Source of the DNA: Trichodelitschia bisporula
Taxonomy: Eukaryota
Length of the DNA: 54,678 bases
Direction of reading: 5' to 3'
Assembly: GCA_010356995.1 (NCBI GenBank)
Contig: ML996694.1
Span: forward strand, 1,115,224 to 1,169,901
Shown: piece by piece, positions 50,681 to 54,678 of the stretch
Layout: each line of letters begins with the position of its first letter
Position numbering within the stretch: the stretch's first letter is position 1
Program-made: the position numbers and the translations under genes
The notes under the pieces: generated by a model
Told to the model about the DNA's origin: nothing
The model's input: only the letters and a program-made list of their open reading frames with translations
Database searches by the model: none

Positions 50681-52217
50681 GGTCCCAGATGAGATATGCG
50701 GGGCGGGACGGACGTCGTGCGGGGAATTTAGCTGCTGAACCATGAGCTTCTTGACAGTACGACATCACATGCTTTCGAGCTTTGGCATTGGGCTAGCATG
50801 TGGAGATGAACTCCATGGAGAGCGGTCAAGGCGCTCGTGTCGATGCCGCCAAGTTGGGTCGCTTGGTCGTTACTGTGCCGTGAACTGGGACCGACGGACC
50901 TCACCTGTGATCGACTTGCTAACGGTGCAGGAACTTTGGGGACGCTGAGCCATTGTTGGTCAATTGCTTCGAAGCTTAGGCAGCAGTACCTGGGATTCCG
51001 TGGTGGCTAGACTGCTGGACGACGACTTCAGGTGCTGACGATCACACCCGGTTCCAGTACGGAGACTCAGATGCCTTGTGTACGCGCCTGAAGACTTGCG
51101 GATGCGCCATTTTCTGACGGGTGCTGACGCGTCCTAGTGGATTTGACTTCGTTCCATGTTCTTCTCTCGGCATCTTTATGGATCTCGGGCCGAACTGGAC
51201 GTTGAGTTACCGATGGCCGCCCTGCGGGTTCCCGATATCGATTGTCTCCTCATGAGTGGCGAACATGTGTTTGAAACGGTTGCTCAACTGCTCTCTAGTT
51301 GCTCCAGGGATTTGGTGTCCGCTCCGGCTGACTGATTCCCATCGCTCGACTTGAGCTTCGATGACCGGTAGCTCGCCACCTCCCAGAACATGGCCGGATA
51401 GGGCTGACGGTAATTCCAGTGGTACCTACGGCTCTACTACGTCGTTACGGACGCCGGCTTCAACGTCTCCACGATCCTCCGGAAGCCCTGGAACATAGCA
51501 CGCCGCCGATTCCCTTACTCTACCAACTCTGGGCCATTAAAGCCCGCTATCTTTACGGACCTAGTTCACGATGCTCAGTCAGCTTCCCCACAATTTGCCC
51601 AAGGGTAAAACAGCTACCCTGTGCGAACTCGGTTCCCTGCTCAGTGCTGGCGTAAGCGCGTGTGTGGCCCCCCCCCGCCTGGTGACGGCGAAGCATCTCA
51701 CGATTGCCGCGGCTCTCCCCATTGTGCCCACTGGAAACTGATCGAAAAGTCCAAGCCTGCTCCAATGGCCTTACGCCCCTTTCCCACTCCTCGGTACCAG
51801 GACTTCTTTCCTGGAAGGCCCGCGGCCACGTGGCTGCCGCTACCGAATCTGGATCCGCCGTCACGATCCCCTTCCAGCGTCTCTCGATTCTCGCCTCACA
51901 GTGGCGACGGGCGAGACCTTGATGGCTCTGTACCGCACAGTCTAAGCCCTATCCATTATTCCAATAGTTTCTGTACTAACGGCCGTTCCTTCGCCGACCC
52001 CGCGATCCCCATGTCTTCAACCGCCGCCGTTCCCACCCTTAAATCCCTCTCCCACCACATCCATCCCAGAGACGAGTCGACAACCTGTTCCCTTCCTGAG
52101 CACCAGGAAGCAGAACAGCAACCAAGGTAAAGCAAATTAGACTCAATCACTGACTTTCCAGGTTCACTACAGCTTAGTTCAGTCAACTTCTCTCGCTCTT
52201 CCCAGTCAGTCGCTACC

Positions 52218-54678
52218 ATGGCTCTCGCCTTTGGACCCGGCATCCCTCCGCCCGTTGGGCTGGGGATGGCAAACGGCATGAATTTGCAGAATGGGCAGTT
52301 CAGTTCGTCTCCCCCCTTCCCCCCCTCTTCCCACCAGTTACTAACACTCCACTAGACATTCCCATTCCTGCACCGGCCGCCATCCGCCCTCGTGCTGTTG
52401 CCGGCGGCGGTGGCGGCGGCGGTGGCGGCGGTGGCGGTCTCGGTGCTGCCGGTGTCCTGGCTCCAGTCGTGGCAGTGGCCCCGGAGCCGGTCGTCGCGCC
52501 CGTTGTGGTGGAGTGGCCGGCGCCGGTTGTGGAGGAGGAGGAAGTTGTAGTAGAGTGGCCGGTGCCCATTGTGGAGGAGGAAGAAGAAGTGGTTGTGCCG
52601 GCAGTGGGGTTGGGTGGTAACGGTGGAGGTGGAGGCGGAGGTGGAGGTGGAGGTGGAGGCCACTGGGGCCGCTGGGGTAGGTGGGGTGGTAATGGCGGCG
52701 GTAACGGCGGCGGCGGTGGTGGTGGTGGTGGTGGATGGGGTGGTAATGGCGGCGGCGGCGGCCGTGGCGGCTGGGGCCATGGAGGGAATGGAGGGAATGG
52801 GGGAGGGAATGGGGGAGGGAATGGGGGAGGTAATGGGGGAGGGAATGGGGGAGGTAATGCCGGAAACTGGGGGAACTGGGGCAATAAGGACGGGGCCGCT
52901 GCTGGCAACGGCTGGAAGCGCAGCCTGGCTAACTTGCTCGGGTACGGGCCCCAGGGGCACGGCGGGTATGGCGGCGGTGGTCACGGTGGTCATGGCGGGT
53001 ACGGCGGTGGCGGTGGTGGTTATGGCGGCGGACACGCCAACGGCAACAAGGAGTACATCTCCATCACTGTGACGCCCACCAGCTACACTACTTCCACCAC
53101 GGTCGATCAAACCGCGACGCAGACCTATGTGCGCGAGACGACCGCGCAGACGAGCACGTCTACGTCTACCGGGACACAGACTGACACCGCCACTGCGACT
53201 TCTACGAGCACCAGCACGGCGGATGGGCAGACGCGCACGCAGACGCGGAGGAGTCTGGTTTCGGGGTCGACGAGCACGGCGACCAGCACGACTACCAGCA
53301 CCAGCAAGAGTACGAGTACTACTACGTCCACGACCACCAGCAAGAGTACGAGCACCACCACGTCCACGACCACCAGCAAGAGCACGAGCACCACCACGGC
53401 CACGACAACGACAACAACGAGTGGGACGGCGAGCTCAGCTACCGTGACTTCGGCCACAACCACGACGACTACGGATCCAGGGGCTACGACGACGGCGACA
53501 AGCACGACGACGAGCACAGATTCGGGGGTGGCGAGCACTGCGACTGACACGGTCACGACTACGGCGACTACCTCAGGGCCTGCGACAACACTCACGTCTA
53601 CCACTACGTCCACCACGACCAGCTCGGGGAGTACGATCACAGCCACGTCTACCACCACGTCGACGACGACGAGCGTCAGCGCCAGCGTCTCGACCACCAC
53701 CACTATAGCCACTACAACCTCAAGCACCGCCGGAGCCAAGCTCCGCCGCCGCCAGGACGATGACGGGGAGTGGGAAACGCTCACGGCGACGGAAACGACG
53801 GTCATGAAGGTTACGGAGACGATGCGTCGGAGCAGCACGACTACGTCGGGGAGCAGCAAGAGCACCATGACGACAGCGAGCTCGACGCGCACTACGACTT
53901 CGTCGGGCATAACGACGCGGACCACGACGTCGAGTCCCACGGCCCGGACGAGCACGAGCTCGCGCACAACTACCCAGACGAGTCCGACGACGTTGTCGTC
54001 TACCCATACCAGCACCCGCGCCACGACACAGACAACCTCGTCGACGGTGTCCACGACGCGCGTGGCTACGAGTATGACGACCCGGACGTCGACGCCGACC
54101 ACTCAGACTACGTCGTCGCCTACCACCCGGACTACCACGTCGACTACCCGGTCCACCTCGACGCCGACTACTCGGGCCGTGACTTCGACTACGCGGACCA
54201 CGTCGTCGCCCACCACCCGGGCCTCCACGTCGACGACCCGGACGACGTCGACGCCGACTACCCGGACCACGTCGACGACGCCCACTACCCGCACGACTTC
54301 AACGACGCCTACCACTCGGGCCACCACGTCGACTACCCGGACCACGTCGACGCCTACTACCCGGGCCACAACGTCGACTACCCGCACGACGTCGTCGCCT
54401 ACCACCCGGGGCGTCACGTCGACTACCCGGACTACGGTGACGCCAACTACCCGGAGCACGTCGACGACGCCCACCACCCGGACTACGTCAACAACTCCCA
54501 CCACCCGGGGCGTCACGTCGACTACCCGGACTACGTCGACTACCCCCACCACTCGGACTACGTCAACAACTCCCACCACCCGGAGCGTCACGTCGACTAC
54601 CCGGACTACGTCGACCACGCCCACTACCCGTATGATCACTTCCACGACGTCTACCACGCGGAGCACGTCGACTACGCC
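52218..54678 (+). CDS. Gly-rich then Ser/Thr-rich mucin-like repeat protein, 3' end truncated by the window
   Basis: ATG at 52218, intron about 52303-52355 (GTTCGT...ACTAAC...TAG), then an uninterrupted frame: poly-Gly, GGNG/WG/GGY repeats, and TTRTTSTTP-type repeats to the window end. The start codon is uncertain. Confidence 0.7.

Noticed and set aside
50700..52130. Coding-like composition, short ORFs and an intron-like GTACGC...GCTGAC...TAG at about 51080-51137
   Set aside because: I could not assemble an open spliced frame or recognise a family; left unresolved.
52300..54666. Minus-strand Pro-rich and Val-rich ORFs
   Set aside because: They are the antisense of the Gly-rich/Thr-rich + strand gene.

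Overview
Gene-dense eukaryotic DNA from a filamentous ascomycete (Pezizomycotina; short introns with CTRAC/CTAAC branch points). The ORF track splits most genes at introns, so I rebuilt exon structures by hand. In order: RPL8/eL8 (partial), a SET-domain lysine methyltransferase, cis-prenyltransferase (RER2-like), a fungal hypothetical protein, a HUL5/UBE3C-type HECT ligase, a PDR/ABCG transporter with a 2.5 kb upstream region, CTP synthase URA7, an aldo-keto reductase, tetra-ubiquitin UBI4, a cupin, centrin CDC31, COQ3 (spanning an N gap), CDC4, meiotic HOP1, SRP40, SEC3, a class I/II aminotransferase, a putative WRKY/GCM1-like + Zn2Cys6 transcription factor, and a Gly-rich/Thr-rich protein that runs off the window and is absent from the ORF track. 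The most notable observation is that the third URA7 intron (18879-18923) has AT...AC ends with U2-type signals and contains an in-frame stop, so it has to be removed. Also noted: a long structured first intron in RPL8, clustered CGG-N12-CCG and PDRE-like sites upstream of the ABC transporter, a cryptic ~160-bp satellite at 49.4-50.7 kb, a 30-bp minisatellite in the aminotransferase 5' region, and alternating C-rich/G-rich blocks inside genes. I found no recognisable tRNA, rRNA, CRISPR array or intact transposon.
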